Shown here: positions 1-21,800 of the stretch, piece by piece | How the letters are laid out: each line of letters begins with the position of its first letter | How positions within the stretch are numbered: the first letter of the stretch is position 1 | DNA from: the human T2T-CHM13v2.0 reference genome, Homo sapiens | Direction: 5' to 3' (one strand) | Assembly: GCF_009914755.1 (NCBI RefSeq) | Contig: NC_060938.1 | DNA length: 64,000 nt | Made by a program: the position numbers and the translations under genes | Notes under the pieces: generated by a model | The model's input: the letters and a program-made list of their open reading frames with translations, nothing else | What the model was told of the DNA's origin: nothing | The model's database searches: none

Positions 1-724
1 GTAAATACACCAATCAGCACTCTGTATCTAGCTCAAAGTTTGTAAACACACCAATCAGCACCCTGTATCTAGCTCAAGGTTTGCAAATGCACCAATCAGT
101 GCTCTGTGTCTAGCTGATCTCACGGGGACTTGGAGAACTTTTGTGTCTAGCTCAGGGATTGTAAACGCACCAATCAGCACCCTGTCAAAACGGACCAATC
201 AGCTCTCTGTAAAACAGACCAATTGGCTCTCTGTAAAATGGACCAATCAGCAGGATGTGGGTGGTGCCAGATAAGAGAATAAAAGCAGGCTGCCCAAGCC
301 AGCAGTGGCAACATGCTCCAGTCCCCTTCCACAATGTGGAAGCTTTGTTCTTTCACCCTTTAAAATAAATCTTGCTGCTACTCACTCTTTGGGTCCAGGC
401 TGCTTTTATGAGCTGCAACACTCACTGCAAAGGTCTGTAGCTTCTCTCCTGAGGCCAGCAAGACCACGAACCCACCAGGAGGAATGAACAAGTCCAGATG
501 CGCCGCCTTCAGAGCGATAACACTCACCGCGAAGGTCTGCAGCTTCACTCCTGAAGCCAGTGAGACCACGAACCCACCAGAAGGAAGAAACTCTCAACAC
601 ATCTGAACTTCAGAAGGAACAAACTCCAGACACACTGCTTTTAAGAACTGTAACACTCACCGTGAGGGTCTGAGGTTTAGTTCTTGAAGTCAGTGAGACC
701 AAGAACCCACCAACTGCGGACACA
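1..724 (+). mobile_element. LTR12-family (ERV9) LTR, 5' part outside window; lies in MOK intron 1, antisense to MOK
   Basis: ~40-bp U3 tandem units with CCAAT (gtaaacacaccaatcagcac..ctagctcaagg), GATA site then AATAAAA TATA-equivalent at 278-284, second AATAAA at 364-369, three U5 repeats (aacactcac..aaggtctg..gaacccacc), ends ..ggacaca at 724. Confidence 0.92.
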
Positions 725-832
725 CCAGCATTTAAGAAAGACAAATTACTTGACTCTTTCCATGGCGGAAAAAAAAAAAGACAGTTTAAACCTCATTGTA
801 ATTACAACAGATACTTTTAAAAATTCTCTCTG

Positions 833-2712
<1,880 letters not shown>

Positions 2713-2721
2713 AACTTTTAA

Positions 2722-2880
2722 GATGACTTCAGCTCCAGCCACCATCTGAGTGCATGAGAGACTTCCAGTAAGACCTGCCTAGTTGAATCCAGGCAACCTG
2801 AAGAACCACAAGAAGGACTGTTGTTCCTTTAAGCCACAAAATTGAAGTGATCTGTTACGCAGCAATAGATAACCGGAACA
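2722..2880 (+). mobile_element. MaLR (MLT1-type) LTR 3' fragment
   Basis: typical MLT1 end ..tttaagccac..tgttacgcagcaatagataaccggaaca. Confidence 0.7.
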
Positions 2881-3476
2881 ATGAAGAAAAGCAGTATAAG
2901 AAAAAGTAACATGCCTGAAGCTGCCATGCCCACCCGGTTCCAAAGCCCACGCTCTTATCAACTGCACTGTGTCACTCTTTGCTCTCTACTGTTGCAAACG
3001 ATGCCAAATAAAAAGAAGGACAGGAATACTCCACAGAATAACACACCCCTAAACACAGGGCATCACCTAGAAAACAAGTACAAAAATATACCTAGAAAAT
3101 CCTGACAGACCCCTGTAATAATCTAGCATTCCCAGCCCCACTCTGACCCCAAGCTATGGATCCAATTTCACCATTACTCACTTTTCCTGATCATTCTACT
3201 TCTATAACTCTGTCTCTGTGATTTCCAGTTCTGGAATATTCTCTCCATTGTTAACTATTTTTAAATCATTTATTTAATGATCAGGATGTAAACCAGGGGG
3301 ATAAAAGGTTACAATAATTCTTAGAGTACATTTTAAGGTAGAAGGAAGAAAGGGAGAATAAAGATGTCACCACTAAACCAAGTAACCGAAAACTACCAAA
3401 ATGACCATCTAAAAGAACATACCAAACAATACTAAATATACTTTAAAAACAAAAGTTTACAAGAAGTAAATCATAA

Positions 3477-4775
<1,299 letters not shown>

Positions 4776-4859
4776 CTAAGAGAAAAAGAAGGTAGATAAA
4801 TAAACCAAATGATCAAATCTAACTTCAGCAAAACTGCAACGAACTGACATCAGGCACTC

Positions 4860-5560
4860 TGGAAGGGCCACACTGACAGAGACACAACGTTGCCTCTCAC
4901 ATATTCCTGGTAAAAACATTTAAGCTGAAGCTAATCATGAGGCGAAAATCAGACAAATCCAAATTGAGCGATATTCTGCAAAACACTGGGCTGGATTCTT
5001 TAAAAATGTCATTTGGCCTACAGAGGACAGCCAAATAAAAATGAAAATATCATTGTCATGAAAGACACAAAAGGCAGGGACACCATATTAAAAGAGACCA
5101 AAGAGATATGACAACAGAATACAATTGGTGATTCTTGATTGGATAGAAAAAATATAAACAACTATAACACATGTTATTGGGATAAATGGAAAAACTGAAA
5201 TATGGACTGTGTATCAGAGTATTGTATCATTGTTAAATTTTCTAAATGTGTTATTTGTACTGTGATGATGTAGGAGAATGTCCTTGTTCTTGGCAGATAA
5301 CTGCTGAAAGAAGTGGTGAATTATTAGTAGTCTACAACTAACTCTTGAAAGGTCCAGTGAAAATAAATACATAAATGGGAGAGAGAAAACACCAGAGCGA
5401 AAGCGAGCACACAAAAATAAGGCAAAATGGTGCAGCTAAGTGAAGGACGGGTTTATAAATATTCAATGTACTGCTCTTGCAACTTTCCTGTACATCTGAA
5501 AATTTTCAAAACAAACAGATGGGAAGAAAAAAATGAATATAGTACAAAATATGTGCAGTA
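4860..5560 (+). mobile_element. old L1M (L1MC/L1ME-type) 3' fragment
   Basis: ctaatcatgagg..aaatcagacaaatccaaattgag..gtatcattgttaaattttct motifs typical of old L1 3' UTRs. Confidence 0.6.
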
Positions 5561-6289
5561 TCATAGTCTGCACTGTAAGTAAAAGTGTAAAGTCTTTTGT
5601 AGACCTTGGATTCTAACTACAGCTTTGTAGTGCATTAATGAAAAAGGTAAACATTAAACAATATCCAACAAAATAAAATAAAAATAAAAATGCCTTGTAA
5701 AGGGTGAATGAGATTAATTATTTTAAATGTTATGCAATGTACACCATTGACAATTAGGATACAATGCAAATTTAACATTATAACTACTCCTAACATAATA
5801 TTTTCACAGCAAAGGTCTGAATTTTTACTGCACCTCTGGTTCACAACCATAAACAATTATATCTGTACAGTAATAATAATTTTAAAAACATCATTCTAGC
5901 TGGTTGCACTTGGATTGTCAATAATCCACAAATCCCACTAAAGAAAATTTTTTACCCGTTACATTTTCTAGAATGACTACCTCATTTCCCAACTTTGAAG
6001 TAACAGCTTTTAACTAAAAGGTTGCTTCAAAACTACTATTAAAAAGTGGTTCCTATAAAACACTACTGCTTGACCCAAAAAATAAAATAAAGCACACAGC
6101 CCAGCTTTCCTCTCAATTGGTCACTAAACCAGTATCATGAAAAGGCAGGGAGCCACGCTGTAAGCGCTCCCCCGTTTTCTGCCGAATGTTCAGGAAAAGA
6201 GTGTCAGGTTCAAGCCAGCATTTAAAATAAAATAAAATGAATCACAGTCAACTCCCTAAACTCCAATGTAAGAACCACGCACCTGCACC

Positions 6290-9149
<2,860 letters not shown>

Positions 9150-9749
9150 TTATTGCTGGTGTATTATTGTTGGTGGTGCTATCTTTGTTGGCTTTGAGAA
9201 GCCACATCTAATCTCTCCAGACCACTAGGATTTGATCTATCCCTTCTTCTCTTCTTGTGTTCTTTCTTATTTGGGGGCTTGCCCTTATGTCACATTTATA
9301 TTTCTAACCCTGTCTCTTGCTTGTTAGTTTCTTCTAACCAGGTGGGTTCTAAGTTCCTTGGGCCCCTCATGTGTCTTTTCTCTACCCTGCAGGGCAGAGT
9401 GTATTAAATAAGTGAACAGGTGAATGCATTTAGCAAGTGAGAGCCCCATTGTTTCCCAATTCACCAGGTGCTGATGGATTTTCTTCTTCCCTTCATTGTG
9501 GACAAGTGGTTCTCAGAAGTGACGTTGTAGAGACCATGTTGGTCCTGATTGGGCAGATGATTTAGAGCAAGGTGCCCCCAGGGGGTAGACACAGTCTATG
9601 TGCTTACCTAGGTGAACAGGGGCAGCTGGACTTGCGGCCTCACCTGCCCCTCTGGCTGAGCACCCTTGTTCCAAGTTCATCTTAAGGTTGGGTGAGGGGA
9701 CGAACTCCAGAATGTTCCATTCGATCAGGGATTTCCGCCCCATTATTTC

Positions 9750-9845
9750 TAAATCTGTAAGTCTGGAGTGGGGGATAGTTTGCAGCTCTCACAAAATTCC
9801 AGGTGATGCTGCACCAGTGGCCATATTTTGAAAACCACTGGCCTA
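9750..9845. mobile_element. MER5-type hAT fragment
   Basis: ccaggtgatgctg..catattttgaaaaccactg terminus. Confidence 0.55.
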
Positions 9846-10199
9846 GAGAATTCCTTATTCTTTCTTTAATTCTAAATGAAATAGGAAATGCTGCTTTGAA
9901 AAGAAGGAACAATTGCTGAGGAGCTTCTCTTCCTGTGGTAAACACGCTCAAACATCAGCGGAGGGGTCAACCTGTTCAGGCTTCAGCTGGGTGGCCTCAG
10001 CACCTGCCTAGCTGGGCCACTCCAGCCCTGAATGGACAGATAAGTAAGAAGTACCAGGCTGTGAACTCCTCCAGAGAGGGTCTTCACCCCAAGCCTCTCA
10101 CCTGCCCAGCTCACCCAGAGCCAGGAGCCTGCTCAGCACATATTACATGCTCAGGAAACGCTTGTGAAATGGAACCACCACGCATCTCAGAGCTCTGCT

Positions 10200-15166
<4,967 letters not shown>

Positions 15167-15168
<2 letters not shown>

Positions 15169-15497
15169 TCTTCAGAGTGACTTTAGTCCATTATGACTGG
15201 CGTCTACACAAAAGGGGCGATTTGGACATAGGGACACACAGGGAGAACAGTATGTGAAGATGCAGGCAGAGATCAGAGTGAAGCTTCTACAAGCGAAGGA
15301 AGGCCAAAGTTGGCCCGAAATCCACCAGAAGCCAGGAGACAGCCTGGGGCGGTCTCCGTGGGAGCCTCCGAAGGAAGCGACCTTCCCGACACCCTGACTT
15401 TGGACGTCTGCCTACTAGAACTGTGAGGCCATATATTCTGTTGTGTGGCCACCTACCTTATAATACTCTGCTGTGGCCGACCTGGGAAACTAACACA
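15167..15497 (+). mobile_element. MaLR MLT1B/C-type LTR (5' truncated)
   Basis: gtgaagatgcaggcagagatc..caccagaagc..agaactgtgag..gggaaactaacaca. Confidence 0.75.
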
Positions 15498-15879
15498 GCG
15501 GGTCGTTACTGTCAGACCAAAGGTTCCAACTTATAAACAGAATGAAACATTTCGTAAGTTGAGTTTAAAGAAAATGGATTATTTAAAATGCACATGGGCC
15601 CCCCGCCCCACATTAAAAAAACAAAAAACAAATACAAGGCGGAGGTTGCAGTGAGCCGAAATCGCGCCACTGCGCTCCAGTCTGGGCGACAAGAGCGAGA
15701 CTCCGTCTCAAAAACAAAAACAAAAGCAAGAAAACAAGCCCGAATGGTATTCTCTACCACTTAATTCTGAAAGTATGTAGATTCGTGTTTTCGTCACTCA
15801 GAGAATGAAAATTAGCGTTTGTTTGTCTAAGAGCTCTAAGACGGGGTGAGAAGTGGAGGAAGAGGTCCAGAGGAGGAAA

Positions 15880-16520
15880 GAAAACTGCTCGCCCGCGCCC
15901 GCCCTGCAGCTGCACGTGGGTCGCCCTAAGCCTGGGTTCGGAGCTGATGGCGCAGGTCCCAGGTGCCCTCTAGCGGCTGACGTCAGTCACGGCGCCCCGG
16001 CCCCGGCGCGCCCCGTCCACTCTGCCCACTCGGGACGCGTGGCTTGAAGTCCCGGGAATGCCACGGTTGCACCCACAAGGGTCGATCAACTCGGCTTCCT
16101 TCAGGAGACCTGGACTGACCACCCGCTGTGTGCCAAGCACTGTTTAGGTGCTGGTAAAATAGAGCCCACTGCTCCTGGAGTTCGCTCTAGCGGTGGGAGG
16201 CCGACGATTAGCAGCGGGAATAAGCGATGGAGGGGGGTCGGGCCGGGAACCGCAGGGATCCTGGGTGCGGGTTGCGATTGCAAATGGGGGCATCGGGTAA
16301 ACCTCGCTGAGTAAGTGACATTTAAGCAGCGACCACGACGAGGAGGAGGAGCTTTGACATTGTCTGCAGGAAAAGTGGTCCAGGAAGAGGAACAGAAGCG
16401 CAAAAGCCCCAGCACAGGAGCAAGGGCCAGGGAGGAGGCGGAGGGGCTGCCGCGGAGGGAGCCGGGCAGGGGTGCAGGAGGGCAGAGGGGAAAGGCGCAG
16501 GTCCGGTGGTGTCTTTCAAC
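15880..16520. promoter_or_regulatory. orphan CpG-rich element with CTCF-like motif, CRE and E-box
   Basis: CACGTG 15913-15918; GTGCCCTCTAGCGG 15963-15976 (CCGCTAGAGGGCAC on - strand); TGACGTCA 15978-15985. Confidence 0.6.
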
Positions 16521-16538
16521 GGGATGTTACCCTGGGCG

Positions 16539-16692
16539 TAGGGTTGTCAGATACAGCACATGTATTCTTTTAGTATAAGTATGTCCCAAATATGGCGTGG
16601 GACATACTTACACTAAAAAAAGTTTCATTGTCCTTTTGCAATTCAATTTTAACCCGGCATCTTGATCTATATTTGCTAAATTTGGCAGGCCT
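16539..16692. mobile_element. MER53 palindromic hAT element
   Basis: TAGGGTTGTCAGAT start; central palindrome ttttagtataagtatgtccca..tgggacatacttacactaaaa; ..gctaaatttggcaggcct end. Confidence 0.85.
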
Positions 16693-17287
16693 GTTAGGGC
16701 TGCAACAAAAGGAGAGAGTGTGAGCAGAGAAATGACTTGATCTGACTGTTTTAAACCCATGTGACTCTTACCTATTGCTATGCCAGAGAGTGTGCTAGGT
16801 TCTGGGCATTCATTCAGCTGTAAGCAAAATGGACAGGATGCCTGCACCCCCACCAGTGCTCTGTGAGAGGGCTTTACCCCTTTGGCCTGCTCATCTATCC
16901 TTGTCCTTTGGACACAGTAAAGTGCTCCAGACTTCAGGACGCTTGCCCAGCCTCCCAGCACACCACCTAATCTTCTCCGTTCCCTATAATATCCGCCTTC
17001 CTTGTTATGCGGAGAGCTCCATCAGGATGGGGATTAGGTTTCTTTGACTCACAGCTGATTGGGGGCCAGGGCACTGCCGGGCTGAATGAGTATGTCTTCA
17101 CTGAGTGTCCGTTTTTCTAAACCTGGTCCTCTAGCCTTACTCGTGGAGGGTGACCTACCTAACATCCTTTACATAAAATCTTTTCGAATCAGCTAGACTC
17201 GGTTTCTGCTGCTTGTGACATAGAACCCTGACGATACCTCAGTCCAAGCAGTTTAGTGGAGTAATCAGAGCAGAATGTATAATGTTA

Positions 17288-17809
<522 letters not shown>

Positions 17810-18068
17810 CTACTCAGTGGCTGTTTCAACCCTTCTGCCTGTACCATGTGATTTATTTATGTGCTCAGTTAACAAGAGAGAGAGCAAAATGAAAACATTT
17901 TTACAGACACTAAAAAAAAAAAAAAAAAAAAAAGGAGAAAGCCATGGTGGTTTGTCCACTCAATGAAACACTGAGAAATCATTTAAAGTGACATTTGCAA
18001 TTGTTTAGGGATATGCTTATTCTAGAATATTAAATGCAAAAAGAAAGATAAAAAATAGACTGCTTCAT

Positions 18069-18133
18069 TGAGCCGAAATCTCGCCACTGCACTCCAGCCT
18101 GGGCGACAGAGGGAGATTCCGTCTCAAAAAAAA
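18069..18133 (+). mobile_element. heavily 5'-truncated Alu with TSD
   Basis: last ~65 nt of Alu flanked by direct repeat agactgcttcat. Confidence 0.85.
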
Positions 18134-18157
18134 GACTGCTTCATACAAGGCTTTGGA

Positions 18158-18161
<4 letters not shown>

Positions 18162-18189
<28 letters not shown>
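18162..18189 (+). repeat. (GT)14 microsatellite
   Basis: perfect GT run. Confidence 0.95.
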
Positions 18190-18192
<3 letters not shown>

Positions 18193-18685
18193 AATACACG
18201 TGTACTGTAGGAAAAAAAACCAGCAGGAAGGAAGCCAAGACCCCAGCGGCCCTTGTTTATTGGGCGATAGGGAATTCGGTGGTTCTTTTGTCCGGTTTTC
18301 TGTATTTTCCAAGCTTGATTTAACCATGCTAAAGGCCTCTGTTACACGAAGTTTCCACGCTGCAGGATTCTCGGAGATAAAAACAACACTGAGTTGGCAT
18401 GTTTGAAAACCTTCTCACTGCGGAGCTAAGCCTCCCATGTGCAATTTGCATTTTTCCTGTGAAAAAAAGCCGCCTTCGCTGTAGGGAGTCGCCTCCCTTC
18501 TCCTTGAAGTCCCCTAAGTCTTAGTTTCTGCATCGGGCCAATGGGGATGACTGTGAAGAGGTCGGAAGTCGCGGCTGTGGCGAAGCGGAATGCAGCCAGC
18601 GGCGCCGGCCCGGCAGGGAGTCGCTAGGGGGCGGGCGCGGGCTTGGAGCCCTCTTAGGCGCTCCCGTGGGGGCCCAACGTCAGGC

Positions 18686-18759
18686 GGCCGGTTAGCTCAG
18701 TTGGTTAGAGCGTGGTGCTAATAACGCCAAGGTCGCGGGTTCGATCCCCGTACGGGCCA
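18686..18759 (+). tRNA. tRNA-Ile, anticodon AAT (IAU after A34 editing)
   Basis: 74 nt GGCCGGTTAGCTCAGTTGG..GGTTCGATCCCCGTACGGGCCA; intact A box, B box and cloverleaf; anticodon 18720-18722; no encoded CCA. Confidence 0.98.
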
Positions 18760-18766
18760 GGCTAAC

Positions 18767-18783
18767 TTTTTTTTTTTTTTTTT
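18767..18783 (+). terminator. RNA polymerase III terminator (T17)
   Basis: run of 17 T starting 8 nt after the tRNA. Confidence 0.9.
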
Positions 18784-19944
18784 GGTCCCCGCAATGTTCC
18801 TTTCTGATACTGTAACCGGCGTGCAGGCAGGAGAGAACTGCGGAATCTTTTGGACTGGCCCAGAGGTTATCCAAGGCTACCTGCTGGGGAGAGCGGGAGG
18901 AACTCAGAGCGCGCTGGGGCGGTGGCTCCTCACCCCGAGTCCCCGCGCCGCCACCTGAAGGGTCTGTTTTAGAATGCCATTGGTTAGGCCTTTTACTTTT
19001 GTCGTTTTAAAGGACACTCTGGACATCCAACCGATGCACATCCCACGCCCCCACCCCCCACGTTTCCTGAGGCTGCGTCTGGCCTGGAGGAACCGCCCAG
19101 TGAAGACAGGTGCTCGCAGATATCACCGCCTAGTGTTCCCTGGGCCCACTTGCGGGGAAGTCTTGGAGGTGAAAATCCAGGTCTGGAATGAATGCATTCC
19201 ACAGATGCATATGGAGAGCTACTGCATGCCCAGCACCATTCCTAGGCTGGGAGCAAAACGGTGAGACACAAACCCCAACCCGCTGGAGACAGTGACCAGC
19301 CACTAGATGACTGCCATGTTTTTAGTGAGGCATTCAGGTTGTGGAAGCCTCTGGAAACCTTCTCTTGCTTTTTGTCCCCCCTCTTTTCTTTTCGGAGACA
19401 TCTTAGGCTTCACATTTCTTCCTCTTGGTTCTACATTTTGAAGCCAGAGCAAGTGGATGAATTTCTCACTCGGTTCGTTTCTAGGGTGGTCAGGTGTGCT
19501 CAGCTGAACAAAAGCCGGTTGTATAAGGTTGATGCCATTTTATGTCAGGATCCGGCAAGGGCTCCACCTGTTTTTGAAAATTCTACAGTGGAAACAGCTA
19601 CTAGTTCTGACCTAAATAAGAAGCAGCTCAACATCTACAGACCTTGGTATGTGCCCAGGGTGTAGTAAAAGTTCTCAATAAATGCCAGCCGATGGCGCTG
19701 CTGCTATTATAAGCAAAGTTAGGAGAGCCTGGGGCAGCTGACACTTAAAATAGACATCTGTACACAGGATGGATGTCACATCTTTTAATAGTCGTGCCAG
19801 GCACGTTGTTAGATGCAGGGACACAGCATGGAGGAATCGGTGGAGGTTGCTGCCCTCAAGTTTCCTGAGCTTGAAGGGGTTTAGAATATGCCACGGTGGC
19901 ATGAAAATTATTTTGAGCAGAAGGCATGTGAATTCCTGAAATCT

Positions 19945-20379
<435 letters not shown>

Positions 20380-21149
20380 TTACTTTACCGGCTTCGGCGC
20401 TCATCATACTGTGCTGCAAATGCCAGTTTCCTCCTTCCCCCTTGGGAAGTTTCCTCCTTGGGGGTCGGCACCTAGACTGTATACCCCCCAGGGCGGAAAC
20501 AGCGGTTCACCCACCAGGTGCTTAAGAAGGGTTTGTGGACCAGTGGACCTCCTGCTCTCCCTGGGGAAAGGAGCTGGGACATGTGTACACACCTGCAGCT
20601 ACAAGATTCGGAGGGCGCACAGAGCCTCAACCGTAAGAAGGAGAGGCGATCAGGCTGAGGAAGATGGGGCAGTGGAGCTGGATGGATAGAGAGAGGGTGG
20701 GTTCATTCATTCGTTCACTCATTCGTTTATTCATATTCATCCATCCATCATTCATGCCCTGAGCGTGCGTTGTGTTCTGGGCAGGGCCTGTGCTGGGCAC
20801 CGATTGTGTAATATATCATCTCTCCCTTCAAGGTGCACCCAATCTGGGTGGGTGGGTAGAGAGAAGCTACGGTGACAAGGCAAAAATTTGGGAAACACTC
20901 TCGTTAACAATTCAAACTGTGGTCCCCTCCCAGATGTATAAATCCAAATGTTTAGGGGTGGGCACAGTACTCTGCATCTCCAGACAGCATCCTCCGCTGA
21001 TTCGGATGCATGATGACGTCAGAACACTTGGATATTGTGGTAACTTTTGGGCCAGGGGCTCTGAAACCCCGAAGACCTCCCCCTGGGAGATCCGGGACAG
21101 CTCCCAGAGAAGGTGAGTCTTAAACACATCCGTGACAGGCAATAAGGAA

Positions 21150-21800
21150 AATAAGGGGGGTCCGCTCTGCTGATCAGCCCTAAGAGCCGCGGCGGTTGTC
21201 GGCTGGGGCGGGGCACTCCACGACTTTCCCGGCCAGACACGGTCGCCTTCCTAGGTGTCTTGGCCTGCGAGGCACTCGTAGCCCGCCCCTCTCCTAGGTG
21301 ACGTACATTGGAGACGCCGTCGCTCAGCGACCCGGGTTCGAGTCCCCGCCTCGGCCGCCATGGCGGATGCGGAGCCGGAGGCTGGGGGCGGCAGCGAGGA
21401 TGGCGGCGGCGGCGGCGGCCCGGCTCCTCCGGGCCAGAGCGGCAGCGTCGCACGTGTGGCCCCGCTGGGCCCCGAGCAGCTGCGGCAGGTCCTGGAGCAG
21501 GTGACGAAGGCGCAGCCGCCGCCGCCGCCGCCCCCCTTCGTGCTGCGGGACGCGGCGCGGCGGCTGCGGGACGCGGCCCAACAGGCCGCCCTGCAGCGGG
21601 GCCGGGGCACCGAGCCCCCGCGCCTGCCGCGCCTGCTCCCGCCCCAGGTGAGGCGTCGGGAGGGACGTGGGGAAACTGAGGCCCGAAGGGGGCCGACGCC
21701 CCGCGGCGGGGTAGCTGCTTGTCCGGGGAGGCCAGTATCCGCCCGGGTTAAGACTCAGGGCGTCCCCAGGCTGAGCTTCTTAGGGACGGCGTTCGGCCCC
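21150..21800 (+). promoter_or_regulatory. ZNF839: ZNF839 CpG-island promoter
   Basis: CpG-dense; GC boxes; CRE-like TGACGTA 21299-21305; B-box GGTTCGAGTCC 21335-21345; palindrome CCGCCATGGCGG over the start codon. Confidence 0.8.
21360..21647 (+). CDS. ZNF839: ZNF839 coding exon 1 (MADAEPEAGG..RLLPPQ), 96 codons
   Basis: perfect Kozak gccgccATGg; donor CAG|gtgagg; phase 0. Confidence 0.9.

Noticed and set aside
1-250. Regularly spaced ~40-bp repeats resembling a CRISPR array
   Set aside because: No unique spacers; these are LTR12 U3 enhancer repeats in a human locus
5897-6012. Segment starting agctggtt and ending cagctttt, reminiscent of a Y RNA copy
   Set aside because: Internal sequence does not follow Y1/Y3/Y4/Y5 and no terminal stem is evident
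18974-19665. Abutting ORFs of 96 and 134 aa downstream of the tRNA
   Set aside because: No recognisable domain, partly repeat-derived, and the second starts at a GTG that coincides with a splice-donor motif
21290-21355. Second tRNA or tRNA pseudogene around the GGTTCGAGTCC motif
   Set aside because: Only a 3-bp T-arm; no acceptor or anticodon stems and no T-run terminator
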